Positions 37,054 to 46,599 of a stretch of DNA of 64,000 nucleotides are shown here, piece after piece. The DNA is from Verrucomicrobiia bacterium (lineage in GTDB: Bacteria > Verrucomicrobiota > Verrucomicrobiia > Limisphaerales > UBA1319). The DNA lies in assembly GCA_963664225.1 (NCBI GenBank), contig OY760937.1, positions 2,368,001 through 2,432,000 of the forward strand, in the 5' to 3' direction. The notes under the pieces were generated by a model. That model did no database searches. It was not told the origin of the DNA and worked only from the letters and a program-made list of their open reading frames with translations. The first letter of the stretch is position 1. The number at the start of each line of letters is the position of its first letter. The translations under genes were made by a program, and so were the position numbers.

Positions 37054-37971
37054 TTATTTCTTCGGCAACGGAACGTATCCGGTCGCCTCCACTATTTTCT
37101 GTCCCGGCTCCGACATCACCCATTCGATGTATTTCTTGATGTGGAGACCCGGTTCGCCCGGCGTGTACATGAACATGGGGCGCGCGATGGGATAGGTCTT
37201 GTCCAAAGTGCTGGCAATGGAGGGCGCGACCGCCGTCTCCCCTTTCTTCTTGGATACTTTGACCACCTTGACATTGGGGGTGACATAGCCCATGCCGCTG
37301 TAGCCAATGGCCCCGGGCGTCTTGGAAACCAATTCGACCACATCCTTGGAACCATTCATGTCCAGCGAACCGGAGCGGAAATCGTTTTTCTTGCCCACGA
37401 CGGCCTCGCGGAAATAGGCATACGTGCCCGAGTTATTCTGGCGGCTGACCCGGATGATCTTGTCATCCTGCCCTTCGGGGACCTTCACGCCCAGTTCGGA
37501 CCACTTGGTGATCGTGCCGTTTTCCTTATAGATCTCGCCCAGTTCCTCCATGCTGATTTCATTGAGCGGATTGTTTTTGTGGACATAGATCGACAGGGCG
37601 TCGAAACCCACCATGAATTCCTTCGGGTCTTCCCCGACTTTTTTGGCCTTCTCGATTTCCTCCGGTTCCATGCGACGGCTGCAATTGGCGATGTCCGCTG
37701 TTTTATTCAGGAGCGCCGCCACCCCGATGCCGGAACCGCCGCCGGACACTTCGACCGAGACCGAAGGTTCCACCTTGGCGTATTCTTCGGACCAGGCTTG
37801 AGCCAGGTTGACCATCGTGTCGGAACCGATGTTTTGGATGACCGTTTTCTCCCCCTTTTTGGCGTCGTCGCCACCGCCATTGCCGCCGCTCTCGCTTTTC
37901 CCGCAGCCCGTTTGCAATAATGCGCCGGCCAGGAGAATCAAACTGAGGTGTTTCAAGGATTTGTTAAACAT
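37054..37971 (-). CDS. pstS: Phosphate-binding lipoprotein PstS
   Basis: Lipobox LQTGC; GSDTM, GGGSGIG, SRQNNSGT, YPIARP. Confidence 0.93.
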   Translation of the reverse strand: MFNKSLKHLSLILLAGALLQTGCGKSESGGNGGGDDAKKGEKTVIQNIGSDTMVNLAQAWSEEYAKVEPSVSVEVSGGGSGIGVAALLNKTADIANCSRRMEPEEIEKAKKVGEDPKEFMVGFDALSIYVHKNNPLNEISMEELGEIYKENGTITKWSELGVKVPEGQDDKIIRVSRQNNSGTYAYFREAVVGKKNDFRSGSLDMNGSKDVVELVSKTPGAIGYSGMGYVTPNVKVVKVSKKKGETAVAPSIASTLDKTYPIARPMFMYTPGEPGLHIKKYIEWVMSEPGQKIVEATGYVPLPKK

Positions 37972-37996
37972 AATGGGTTCGCGGTTAAAAATTGAA

Positions 37997-39115
37997 TCAC
38001 TTTTCGTTTTCGGTGATGGCTTTTACAAGGTCATGAAGATGCTGGCTGATGAATTGAAACGTCTTCTCGTAGGCCGCCTGGACCTGCTCGGACGAACCTT
38101 GAACCGTGGAAGGGTCCTCCACATTCCAATCCAGGTAAACAACCTTCCGCGGCCGTTGCGGAAAGGCCCGGTCCACCTGTTTGGCCAATGAAATAATGAC
38201 CTGGTAACTGGACAGGTTGGGGATCTGCGTCATGGTCTTGGGCCCTGTTTTCGAAAGATCGAATCCCTTGCCCGCCATGAAAGCATGGGTTTGTTTATCC
38301 AGCGGGCGCGGCTCCAAACCGGCGCTGGCAAAGACAAACCGCGGCATATGCAATCCATTGCCAATGGCTTCCGCCATCTGGCTCCTGCAGGAATTATGCT
38401 CATCCAAAAACAGGATGCGAAACACTTCCGCCCCCTGGTGCTTCACGAAATCGCCCGTGCATGTGTACAGGGTCTCCAGGCAGATATTGCGCGCCTGGTC
38501 GGAGACCCGCTCGAGACGCCGCGCGATCATGATCAAAGGATTAAGCGCCTCAAAAGGCAGCTTGTGATCACGATACATCTCCACGAGATCCCGGTTCAGG
38601 GCGCTTTTGAGCACATCGACCGTATCCTCCGTTTCGATTGTCTTGCGAGCCAGCTCCGCATTTTGATCGGTGAAGGCTTGCACGGCCTCATGCAGCATGG
38701 AGATCGAGAGCTCCGCGATTTCATCAAAGCGATCCAAAGGCAGCGGAATCGGGACATTCGTCAGTTTAAGAGCTTGTCGCGCAATGCTTTCCGCATAATC
38801 TCCAACCCGTTCCAGATCGAGATTGATTTTGATGGCCCCATAAGCAAAGCGCAGAGGGGTTGCCACCGGCTGCTGGCGCACCAGAAACTCCAGGCACAAC
38901 CGGTCGATTTCCATTTCCAATTCGTCGATAAACTGGTCCTGCAAAATGACGGCATAGGCCAATTCCCCGTTCTTCCCGGCAAACGCCCTCAAACTCTTTC
39001 GCAAAGCATGTTCGCACAGACTGCCCATGCGCGTTATTTTGCTGCGGAGCCGGTCGATATCCCTTTGCAGGGAGTCCTCAAAATGCAGTGTATTCACGAT
39101 AATTTGCTGGTTCAT
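37997..39115 (-). CDS. phoU: PhoU fused to ArsC/LMW-PTP-like domain
   Basis: DLERVGDYAESIA and LERVSDQARNI PhoU repeats, then ILFLDEHNSCRSQMAEA..SAGLEP..WNVEDP. Confidence 0.88.
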   Translation of the reverse strand: MNQQIIVNTLHFEDSLQRDIDRLRSKITRMGSLCEHALRKSLRAFAGKNGELAYAVILQDQFIDELEMEIDRLCLEFLVRQQPVATPLRFAYGAIKINLDLERVGDYAESIARQALKLTNVPIPLPLDRFDEIAELSISMLHEAVQAFTDQNAELARKTIETEDTVDVLKSALNRDLVEMYRDHKLPFEALNPLIMIARRLERVSDQARNICLETLYTCTGDFVKHQGAEVFRILFLDEHNSCRSQMAEAIGNGLHMPRFVFASAGLEPRPLDKQTHAFMAGKGFDLSKTGPKTMTQIPNLSSYQVIISLAKQVDRAFPQRPRKVVYLDWNVEDPSTVQGSSEQVQAAYEKTFQFISQHLHDLVKAITENEK

Positions 39116-39396
39116 GCACCCATCACTCTTGCCTTGCGCACTTCATCGCCAATTTACGATACCAAATACGCGCCAGAATTGTCACCCTAAAACGACAAGC
39201 CATGGCTCTGCGGATTGGCGCATCGATTTTCCACTCTAAAAACCCAAAAACAGGGTCATGGCCCATAAGCAGGATGACCCGACCTGTGACCCCGGCCAAC
39301 CGGTAACAAACCTTTTGGCGCAATTTGCCGCCCCGACATGGAAGCCGGATTAGCTTGATATGCGCCGGGATACCTGTTAATCCTCCCGCAAGAGGT

Positions 39397-41484
39397 ATGG
39401 GAGAGATCTCCAAATTATTCCACGAAACCGACGCCGCAGACGTTCCACCTTTGGGATCGGGGTCTGGTCCTGGAGAAAAACCGGGTGGCCCGGACGAGTC
39501 GCCCTTGATTTCGAGGCAACTGTCCCGTCGGCTTCTGTTGATGGTGCTCTTTACCGTGGTGCTTCTGGTGTGCCGCTGGATCGCTTATGAGCTGCGCTTC
39601 GATTTCGATGTTCCGGAAATGCAGAACGTTCAGTTGTATCGGCACTGGCACTGGGTCGTTGGGCTGCAATTGGTTTGCCTCCTTGTCGCCGGCCAGTTCG
39701 CGGGAATTTACCGCTACTTCAGCCTGCCCGATATCCAAAGGCTGTTCCTGGCGATGGCGGCCTCTGGCGGCCTTCTTTATGGCATCCGGTATCTGGATCT
39801 CGGCTACTCACCACCCCGGGGGGTCATCCTCATTCAATGTTCCTTGGGCTTTATGGTCCTGGGTGCAATCCGTACCGGCTGGCGGGTGGCTTACGAAAAA
39901 TATTATTCCCGCAAGGACAGGCTCAGCCTTCTCGAACGCAATGTGGCGATCATAGGGGCCGGAGATGCCGGGGCCAGCCTCGTGGGGGATCTCCGGGCCT
40001 ATCCACGCCTGGGCATGGTGCCGGTGGCCTTTTTCGATGACAATCGGGAGAAGTGGGGTTCCCAGGTGCATGGGGTGCGGGTGGAGGGTTCGCCTGAAAC
40101 GATTCCGACCCGCAAAAAGAAGCTCCGGTTCGAAGATGTCATCATTGCCATGCCCAGCGCCCCCGCCCAACGGTTGCGCGAGGTGGTGTCCCTGCTGCAA
40201 AAGGCGCGCATCAAATATGTGACCGTCCCCGGCATTGACCAACTCACCTCGGGCCAGGTGAGCGTGAGCCAGTTGCGCCCCGTGCGCATCGAGGACCTTT
40301 TGGGACGCGAAGCCATTGACCTGCAGGCCGACCAGATCAGCCAGGTCCTGAAAGACCGGGTGGTGATGGTCACAGGCGCGGGTGGCAGCATCGGCAGCGA
40401 ACTTTGCCGCCAGGTGGCCTCCTTCAAACCGCGCCTCCTCCTGTTGGTGGACCAGTCCGAGGTGCAGCTCTTTCCCATCGAGCAGGAGTTGATCGAGCTG
40501 GGTCACCGCCAGTGCATCCAACCGCTCATTGCCGACATTTGCGACCAGGAGCGCGTCGCCACCATTCTGAAAAAATACCTGCCGTTTGTCATTTTTCACG
40601 CGGCCGCCCACAAGCATGTTTTCATGATGGAGAGGCAGCCCGGCGAGGCCATCAAGAATAATTCCATTGGCACCGCCCGTCTGGCGGAGCAGGCCCTCAA
40701 ACACGGGGTGGAGCGGTTTGTGATGATTTCCACTGACAAGGCGGTCAACCCCACCAGTGCCATGGGCGCCAGCAAGCGCCTGGCCGAGATCTACCTCCAG
40801 TCATTGTTCCAGGAGAATCCCGGCAAAACCCGTTTCAGTGCCGTCCGTTTTGGCAATGTCCTGGGTTCCTCCGGCAGCGTCATCCCCATCTTTGAAAAGC
40901 AAATCGCCAAGGGCGGCCCGGTGACTGTGACCGATCCCAATGTCGTGCGTTTCTTCATGACCATCCCGGAAGCGGTGGGCCTGGTGCTGCAAACCTGCGC
41001 GTTGGGCAGTGGAGGAGAGGTGTTCGTCCTGGACATGGGCAAGGCCGTGAATATCGCCGACCTCGCCCGCCAGATGATCCGCCTTTCGGGGCTTGAACCG
41101 GACGTGGACATCGCCATCGAATACGTGGGGTTGCGTCCGGGGGAAAAGCTCTACGAGGAACTGGGCCACTTGAGGGCCAACTGCACCGACACCGCCCACG
41201 CGCGCATCAAATGCTTCACCAGCCAGCCTCAGGCCCTGGAGAAGGTGCGCACCGGATTCAGCCGTTTGGAGGCCTGCGTGCAAACCACATCACCAGATCA
41301 CATCCGCGCCTTGTGTGTGGAGATGATGCCTGAATACACCCCTTTCCTGGAGAATCAGGATCTCCCCATCTCCGGAGTCGATGCCAACAGCCCGGCAGGG
41401 CTCGATGAGAAGCTCCCTTCCTCAGCTTTCAGAGATGCGCAAGAGGCCGGTGCCGGAGAGCAGTGGTCCGCTAAAAAGGAATGA
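39397..41484 (+). CDS. CapD/PglF/WbpM-type nucleotide-sugar dehydratase (membrane-anchored)
   Basis: N-terminal TMs; GAGDAG; IEDLLGRE; VTGAGGSIGSEL; HAAAHKHV; ISTDKAVNP; VRFGNVLGSSGSV; GLRPGEKLYEEL. Confidence 0.92.
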   Translation: MGEISKLFHETDAADVPPLGSGSGPGEKPGGPDESPLISRQLSRRLLLMVLFTVVLLVCRWIAYELRFDFDVPEMQNVQLYRHWHWVVGLQLVCLLVAGQFAGIYRYFSLPDIQRLFLAMAASGGLLYGIRYLDLGYSPPRGVILIQCSLGFMVLGAIRTGWRVAYEKYYSRKDRLSLLERNVAIIGAGDAGASLVGDLRAYPRLGMVPVAFFDDNREKWGSQVHGVRVEGSPETIPTRKKKLRFEDVIIAMPSAPAQRLREVVSLLQKARIKYVTVPGIDQLTSGQVSVSQLRPVRIEDLLGREAIDLQADQISQVLKDRVVMVTGAGGSIGSELCRQVASFKPRLLLLVDQSEVQLFPIEQELIELGHRQCIQPLIADICDQERVATILKKYLPFVIFHAAAHKHVFMMERQPGEAIKNNSIGTARLAEQALKHGVERFVMISTDKAVNPTSAMGASKRLAEIYLQSLFQENPGKTRFSAVRFGNVLGSSGSVIPIFEKQIAKGGPVTVTDPNVVRFFMTIPEAVGLVLQTCALGSGGEVFVLDMGKAVNIADLARQMIRLSGLEPDVDIAIEYVGLRPGEKLYEELGHLRANCTDTAHARIKCFTSQPQALEKVRTGFSRLEACVQTTSPDHIRALCVEMMPEYTPFLENQDLPISGVDANSPAGLDEKLPSSAFRDAQEAGAGEQWSAKKE

Positions 41485-41599
41485 CGCGGATGGCGAAGCG
41501 CGGTGTACTGGCCATCGATCTTGCCAGGAACGGGCCAATCGCATACTCCTCTTTGAAATAATTCACATCAGCCGAAAATAAAACCGAAAACAAAACCCT

Positions 41600-42592
41600 A
41601 TGAGACCTGACCTGTTTTGCCTTTTAATCGGATTGACCCTTTGCTCCCCCTCCATTTCGCACGCCCAGTCTCCATCCCAACCGGCAGGCGTCCCGCCTCA
41701 GGTGCTTCCGGGAAAAGGCCTGGCGCAGCATGATTTTCTCTACGCGGGTGAATCCAAGAACCGTCGCGCCTTCATTGTCAGGAACGGCAAGGTGGTCTGG
41801 ACCTACGAGGATCCCACGGGCAAGGGTGAAATTAGCGACGCCGTCCTGCTCTCCAATGGCAACCTGCTCATCGCCCACCAGTATGCGGTCAAACTCATTT
41901 CGCCTGAAAAGAAGATCCTCTGGAATTACGATGCCCCTCAAGGGACGGAAATCCACACCGCCATGCCCATTGGCAACGATCATGTGCTCTATGTGCAAAA
42001 CGGGGATCCAGCCTGGGTCAAGGTGGTCAACATCGCCACCGGCGAGACCAAACTCCAATTCAACGTGCCCACAGGCAATCCCAAGAGCGTTCACGGCCAC
42101 TTTCGGCACGCGCGCCTCACCCCGTCCGGAACCCTCATGATTGCCCACATGGATATGGGCAAAGTTTGCGAGTACAATGCCGAAGGCAAGGAACTCTGGT
42201 CCTACGCCATTGAAGGAGCCTGGGGCGTCACTCCCTTGAAAAATGGGAATGTCCTGGTGGTGGGCCGCAAAGAAGTCCGGGAAGTGACCCACAGCGGCGA
42301 AATAGTGTCCACGTTCACCCCTGCCGATGCCGGCGAATTCAAACTCTCGAGCCTTCAACTGGCCTGGCGCCTGCCCAACGGAAACACCTTGATCAATAAT
42401 TGGGCGAACGAGTGGAGTGGACCAATCGACAAAACCAATCCTCCCACCCAGGCGGTGGAAATGACGCCGGACAAGAAAGTGGTCTGGGTCCTCCGTTCCT
42501 GGGCCGAGCCGGACTTTGGACCGGCCACGACCATTCAAATTCTCGACACGCCTGAAGCTCCGGAAAAAGTCAGCTTCGGCAACATCAAATAA
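41600..42592 (+). CDS. Secreted beta-propeller protein (PQQ/arylsulfotransferase-like)
   Basis: Signal peptide; repeated LxNGNxLI and GKxxWxY motifs. Confidence 0.7.
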   Translation: MRPDLFCLLIGLTLCSPSISHAQSPSQPAGVPPQVLPGKGLAQHDFLYAGESKNRRAFIVRNGKVVWTYEDPTGKGEISDAVLLSNGNLLIAHQYAVKLISPEKKILWNYDAPQGTEIHTAMPIGNDHVLYVQNGDPAWVKVVNIATGETKLQFNVPTGNPKSVHGHFRHARLTPSGTLMIAHMDMGKVCEYNAEGKELWSYAIEGAWGVTPLKNGNVLVVGRKEVREVTHSGEIVSTFTPADAGEFKLSSLQLAWRLPNGNTLINNWANEWSGPIDKTNPPTQAVEMTPDKKVVWVLRSWAEPDFGPATTIQILDTPEAPEKVSFGNIK

Positions 42593-42610
42593 TTGATCGG
42601 GGTGGGTGGC

Positions 42611-43797
42611 ATGCGTGCTCCATGGCGATTACCCGGGTTGCTGCAAAGCATGGCTCGCATGTTGGCCATCCTTGCGGGCACAGCATCCATGACATGGGCA
42701 GAGCCATCCAGCCTGCCCCTGGACCAGGCCAGTTTCAAAAACCCTCCCGCGCAGGATCGCACACGCATGTTCTGGCGGGTCTTTGGTCCCACCTGGACTA
42801 ACCCGGAGATCGATTATCGTTGGAGCTGATCAAAGAGGCGGGCATCGGCGGCGTCACCGTGTTCTTCATGTATCCGGTGGCCCTGGATAATGAACAGGTT
42901 CATAACCAAAAGTATTTGAGCGACGAGTTTTTGAAAACACTCGCCCACGCCGCCGGTAAAGCCCGCGAGTTGAACCTGAGGTTTGGTGTGGCGGGTGGAA
43001 CCGGCTGGCCTTATGGCGGCCCGAACGTCAATGGTTCAGACGCCTCCCATCGGGTGCGCCAATTGGTGGTGACTCTAACCAACCAAACCAACCAAAGTCA
43101 CAGCGTTGTCCTTCCAGAGTTAAAACAAGGGGAGAGCCGTCTGGCCGTCTTCTATGGAACCAACGAGGTGACCACACACCTCCAGGGCAATACACTGGAC
43201 CTCGATGCAATGGCCAGTGTTGATTCCCCTGCATCCGGTGCGAGCCTTAAGGTTTTTGTGGTGGGACCCACGGGTATGCGCGTTAAGCGTCCGGCCTACG
43301 GAGCAGAGGGACCAGTGATTGACCACTACCGGTCGGGCCCCCTCGAGCGTTATCTGGAGGGCTCAGTGGCCCCCATGTTGTCCACGGCGCCCGGCCAGAT
43401 CGAATCCATTTTCTGCGACAGTCTTGAGGTTTATGGAGGGAATTGGACGGAAGGCTTTCCGGAAATATTTGAAAAGCGCCAGGGCTATTCCATCACCTCG
43501 CGACTGCCCGATTTGTTCGACAACGATTCCGAGTCCGCTCCGGATTTGCGCTTTGACCTCTGGCGCACTCTGGCGGAATTGACCGAGGAACAATTCACCC
43601 AGTTTTTGTCAGACTGGTCACATCGGCATGGGGTGAAACTCGAAATGGAGGCCTATGGCACGCCTCCCAGTCCGATGACCGCCGCACGCCATATTGATGT
43701 GCCCACGGGCGAGCAATATGAGTGGAAGGGATTCTCGCTATCGCGGCTGGCGGCCTCGGGCGCCCATCTGGCCGGGAAGAACATCGTTGGAGCTGAG
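42611..43797 (+). pseudogene. GH106 (alpha-L-rhamnosidase-like) pseudogene, frameshifted and truncated
   Basis: FKNPP..R..FW, then a 1-nt frameshift near 42819. It continues LELIKEAGIGG, GTGWPYGGP, FCDSLEV and AASGAHLAGKNIVGAE, after which family-like sequence stops. Confidence 0.7.
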
Positions 43798-43933
43798 GAT
43801 GCCTGGCAACTGCCTGCCGCATCACGTCGAGATGGCCACACAATTGAGTCAACGACCGCCCGTTGTATTTGTGAAGTTCATCCAGCAACTTTCTACGGCT
43901 TTCGTCGGCCAATGCTTTGAACACTACATTCAT
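43795..43933 (-). pseudogene. Truncated ArsR-family HTH regulator
   Basis: MNVVFKALADESRRKLLDELH..NG.SL..LC.HLD.MRQAVARH, breaking off at the GH106 junction. Confidence 0.65.
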
Positions 43934-44223
43934 TTCACATGAAATAATTCGACATTTTTGCATGTCAAGTGGGCCGGTTTTTAGTCGTGACAACCTGCCT
44001 TTGGCTCACTCTTTCTGCCAAAACGCGTCAGGGAATCTCGCTCCAGTGATCCGCATTGCGATGCATGTTTAATTGTTAAAGAAGATGCCGCGCTTTTAAT
44101 GCAACCCGCCAATCAAATGATTCCGCTGCATTTTTCGGCCGCCGTTTACAGCCCAATTTTTACACAGTTCGCTTTAGGCAATAGAGTAGCGGCCAGATGT
44201 TCCAGCCACCGCCATCCAACTGC

Positions 44224-44697
44224 TCAAGCCTTGCGCATTTTCGCTGCGATTGCCGCAAGCTGGTCAGTGCATTGCCCCCAGCCTTGATGGAAGCCCATCT
44301 TTTCGTGGGTTTCGCGGTCGGCCACCGTCCAGTGAATCACTCGCGCGGTGTATTTCGTTTTGCCGCCAACATCCGCAAACGTCAGGACCACGGTCATGAA
44401 CGGATGCTCTGACGGTTCCCATGCCTTCGTGTAGGCATCTGTGAACACCAGTTTCTCATTCTGGACCACCTCAAGATAGACACCCCGATTGGGCATGTCC
44501 TTGCCATCAGTACCCCGCATGACGATATAGTTCGCGCCGCCTGGGCGCACATCGAGTTCCGCGATAGGAGTCGTGAATGGCAGAGGTGCAAACCACTGCT
44601 TGAGGATTTCAGGATCCGTCCATGCCTTGAATACGATTTCACGAGGCGCATCAATAACGCGTGTGATGACAAGTTCGCGGTTGTTGGACTTGGTCAT
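44224..44697 (-). CDS. SRPBCC/Aha1-like domain protein
   Basis: ELVITRVIDAPRE.VFKAWTDP..LKQWFAP; DVRPGG; MGFHQGWG.C.DQL. Confidence 0.9.
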   Translation of the reverse strand: MTKSNNRELVITRVIDAPREIVFKAWTDPEILKQWFAPLPFTTPIAELDVRPGGANYIVMRGTDGKDMPNRGVYLEVVQNEKLVFTDAYTKAWEPSEHPFMTVVLTFADVGGKTKYTARVIHWTVADRETHEKMGFHQGWGQCTDQLAAIAAKMRKA

Positions 44698-44823
44698 GAT
44701 GGTTTCCTTTTATTTGGTAAGGGTGGTGTCTTGCATGTCACAACGGAGCGAGTGAATGAATGCATGCAAATGATTTCCTTGCACCGTGCGGAAAAGCATG
44801 CTGGTGACTCGCAGTTGTTCATT

Positions 44824-45573
44824 TCAGTCGGTGTGGCCATGGGTCTGCCGTCCGAACATATCACACCTGCGGTAACTTTTCGATTTGCCGTGTGTGGCAT
44901 CCGCGCGCACCACCCACTGCTCCGCAATGAACTCCGAATCCAGGAGCGCCTGAAGCACTTCAGTACGTTCGCAAGTCGTGATGGACAGGATATCCGTGGA
45001 CCGAACGAATGGATAGGCCTGCGTTTGGCCCACCATCCTCCCATAGAAAAACCGTGCATCGGCCCCTCTCCCTCGCCGGTTCACTGGCAGGAAAACGCGA
45101 CCCTTCCAGCTTTCTTGCCCGCTGCGAGAGGGTTGCCGGTTTGCAGCAGAAGCATCCAAGGTCATTTCAGCCCGGAAAATCATCTGACCATCAAGGATTA
45201 TCCTCATAGAGGCGAAGTCAGAAACTGCCACCTGACAATCGGCGTGAAAATAGGGTGTGGCGAATAACAGGCGTTCGCAGAATGCAAACAGTCGGAATGA
45301 GTTGAATGCATGGGCCAGGAATGCTGCATCCTGCGTTTCCTGTGCTGGGTCAATCACCGCCACCGAGAAACTGACTTCCGTGAATCGGATTCCCATGTAA
45401 GTCATCTCGGCGGCGACAATCAGAATCTGTGCCCTGCCATTCCGATTCACGGGCAGAAGATCCTCCTGCTGCAAATTAGCGGTCCAGAAAGCCAGATCCG
45501 CTGTGCCATGAAGCGTGACCTCTCGCACATGGGTCGGTTCGGCAATATAGCGAATGGTTTCGTCCATCACCAT
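44824..45573 (-). CDS. Hypothetical protein (possibly acetoacetate decarboxylase-like fold)
   Basis: 249-aa ORF with a GIRFTEVSFSVAV motif; function unclear. Confidence 0.45.
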   Translation of the reverse strand: MVMDETIRYIAEPTHVREVTLHGTADLAFWTANLQQEDLLPVNRNGRAQILIVAAEMTYMGIRFTEVSFSVAVIDPAQETQDAAFLAHAFNSFRLFAFCERLLFATPYFHADCQVAVSDFASMRIILDGQMIFRAEMTLDASAANRQPSRSGQESWKGRVFLPVNRRGRGADARFFYGRMVGQTQAYPFVRSTDILSITTCERTEVLQALLDSEFIAEQWVVRADATHGKSKSYRRCDMFGRQTHGHTD

Positions 45574-45781
45574 GCACTGTCGGCCGAACGCACAAATACA
45601 GCAACAGCTCGAATATACCCGAGATGTCTGCCTTGGGCGGGGCCTTACGGCAAAATGGGAATCAACAGGCAAATAGGGATTACCCAATCAATCAGGCAAT
45701 ATCTAAAGACCCGTCCCTAAACAGCCCACCAGCCGTTAAGTTATTTTGTGGAAATAATGAGGATTGCATTGGCTCGTTCGA

Positions 45782-45809
45782 TTGTTTAAATGTATAGACA
45801 TATAAACAA
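45782..45809. promoter_or_regulatory. GntR/HutC-type operator
   Basis: TTGTTTAAATGT-ATAG-ACATATAAACAA (arms match 11/12) containing TGTATAGACA, directly before the gntR ATG. Confidence 0.7.
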
Positions 45810-45810
45810 T

Positions 45811-46599
45811 ATGCCCCGGTTGAATCCCAACAGTCCTGTGCCCTTGCATTCCCAGGTGGAGCAGATCCTGCGCAAAATGATCGCTCAAAAGGAATACCAG
45901 GAGAATGGATTGCTGCCGGACGAGCTCACCCTGGCCAATCGTTTTGGGGTGAGTCGCGGCACAATGCGGGCGGCAATTGCCATCCTGGTGCAGGAAGGGG
46001 TTCTGGAGCGCCGCGCGGGTGTCGGCACCCGTGTCCGTCCGCGTCCGGTGGAATCGGGCATTGGAGCCTGGCGGAGCTTTTCCCGTGAAATGGCCCGAAA
46101 AGGCATCCAGGTTGAGAATCTGAAACTCGAATACTCCCTGGATACGCCAACCGGGGAGGCCGCTGCCGCCCTGCAACTCAACCGCCGGATCGCAATATGG
46201 CGTCTGGATCGGGTGCGCGGCTGGAATGGACAGCCGGTCCTGCATTCCCGCTCCTGGTTTCATCCCAGGCTGGGTTTGAAAGGAGACGAGGATTTCTCAA
46301 AACCGCTTTACGAGACTTTGAAGAAGTCAACCGGCGTGCAACCGGACCGGGCGCATGAAGATTTTGGCGCTGTTTCCGCCAGCAAGGCCATGGCCTCATT
46401 ACTCCGTGTTACCCCAGGGGAACCGTTGCTCCTGCGAACGCACACGGTCTTTGACACCGGTGGCCGAGCCTTTGAATTTGCCCAGGTGCATTATGTCAGT
46501 TCGCGATTCGCACTGACCATGGACTTGCGCCGGGACGATGACGATTCCAGCGGGTTGCCCACACAACAAAAACCAATCTCAAAAAAGAAAGCCCAATGA
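45811..46599 (+). CDS. GntR-family (HutC/UTRA) regulator
   Basis: PLHSQV, LPDELTLANRFGVSRGT.R.A, GVGTRV, and a UTRA-like C-terminus. Confidence 0.92.
   Translation: MPRLNPNSPVPLHSQVEQILRKMIAQKEYQENGLLPDELTLANRFGVSRGTMRAAIAILVQEGVLERRAGVGTRVRPRPVESGIGAWRSFSREMARKGIQVENLKLEYSLDTPTGEAAAALQLNRRIAIWRLDRVRGWNGQPVLHSRSWFHPRLGLKGDEDFSKPLYETLKKSTGVQPDRAHEDFGAVSASKAMASLLRVTPGEPLLLRTHTVFDTGGRAFEFAQVHYVSSRFALTMDLRRDDDDSSGLPTQQKPISKKKAQ

Noticed and set aside
39170..39320. Possible Pho boxes upstream of phoU
   Set aside because: Only scattered TGAC/GTCA half-sites, without consistent 11-bp spacing or orientation.
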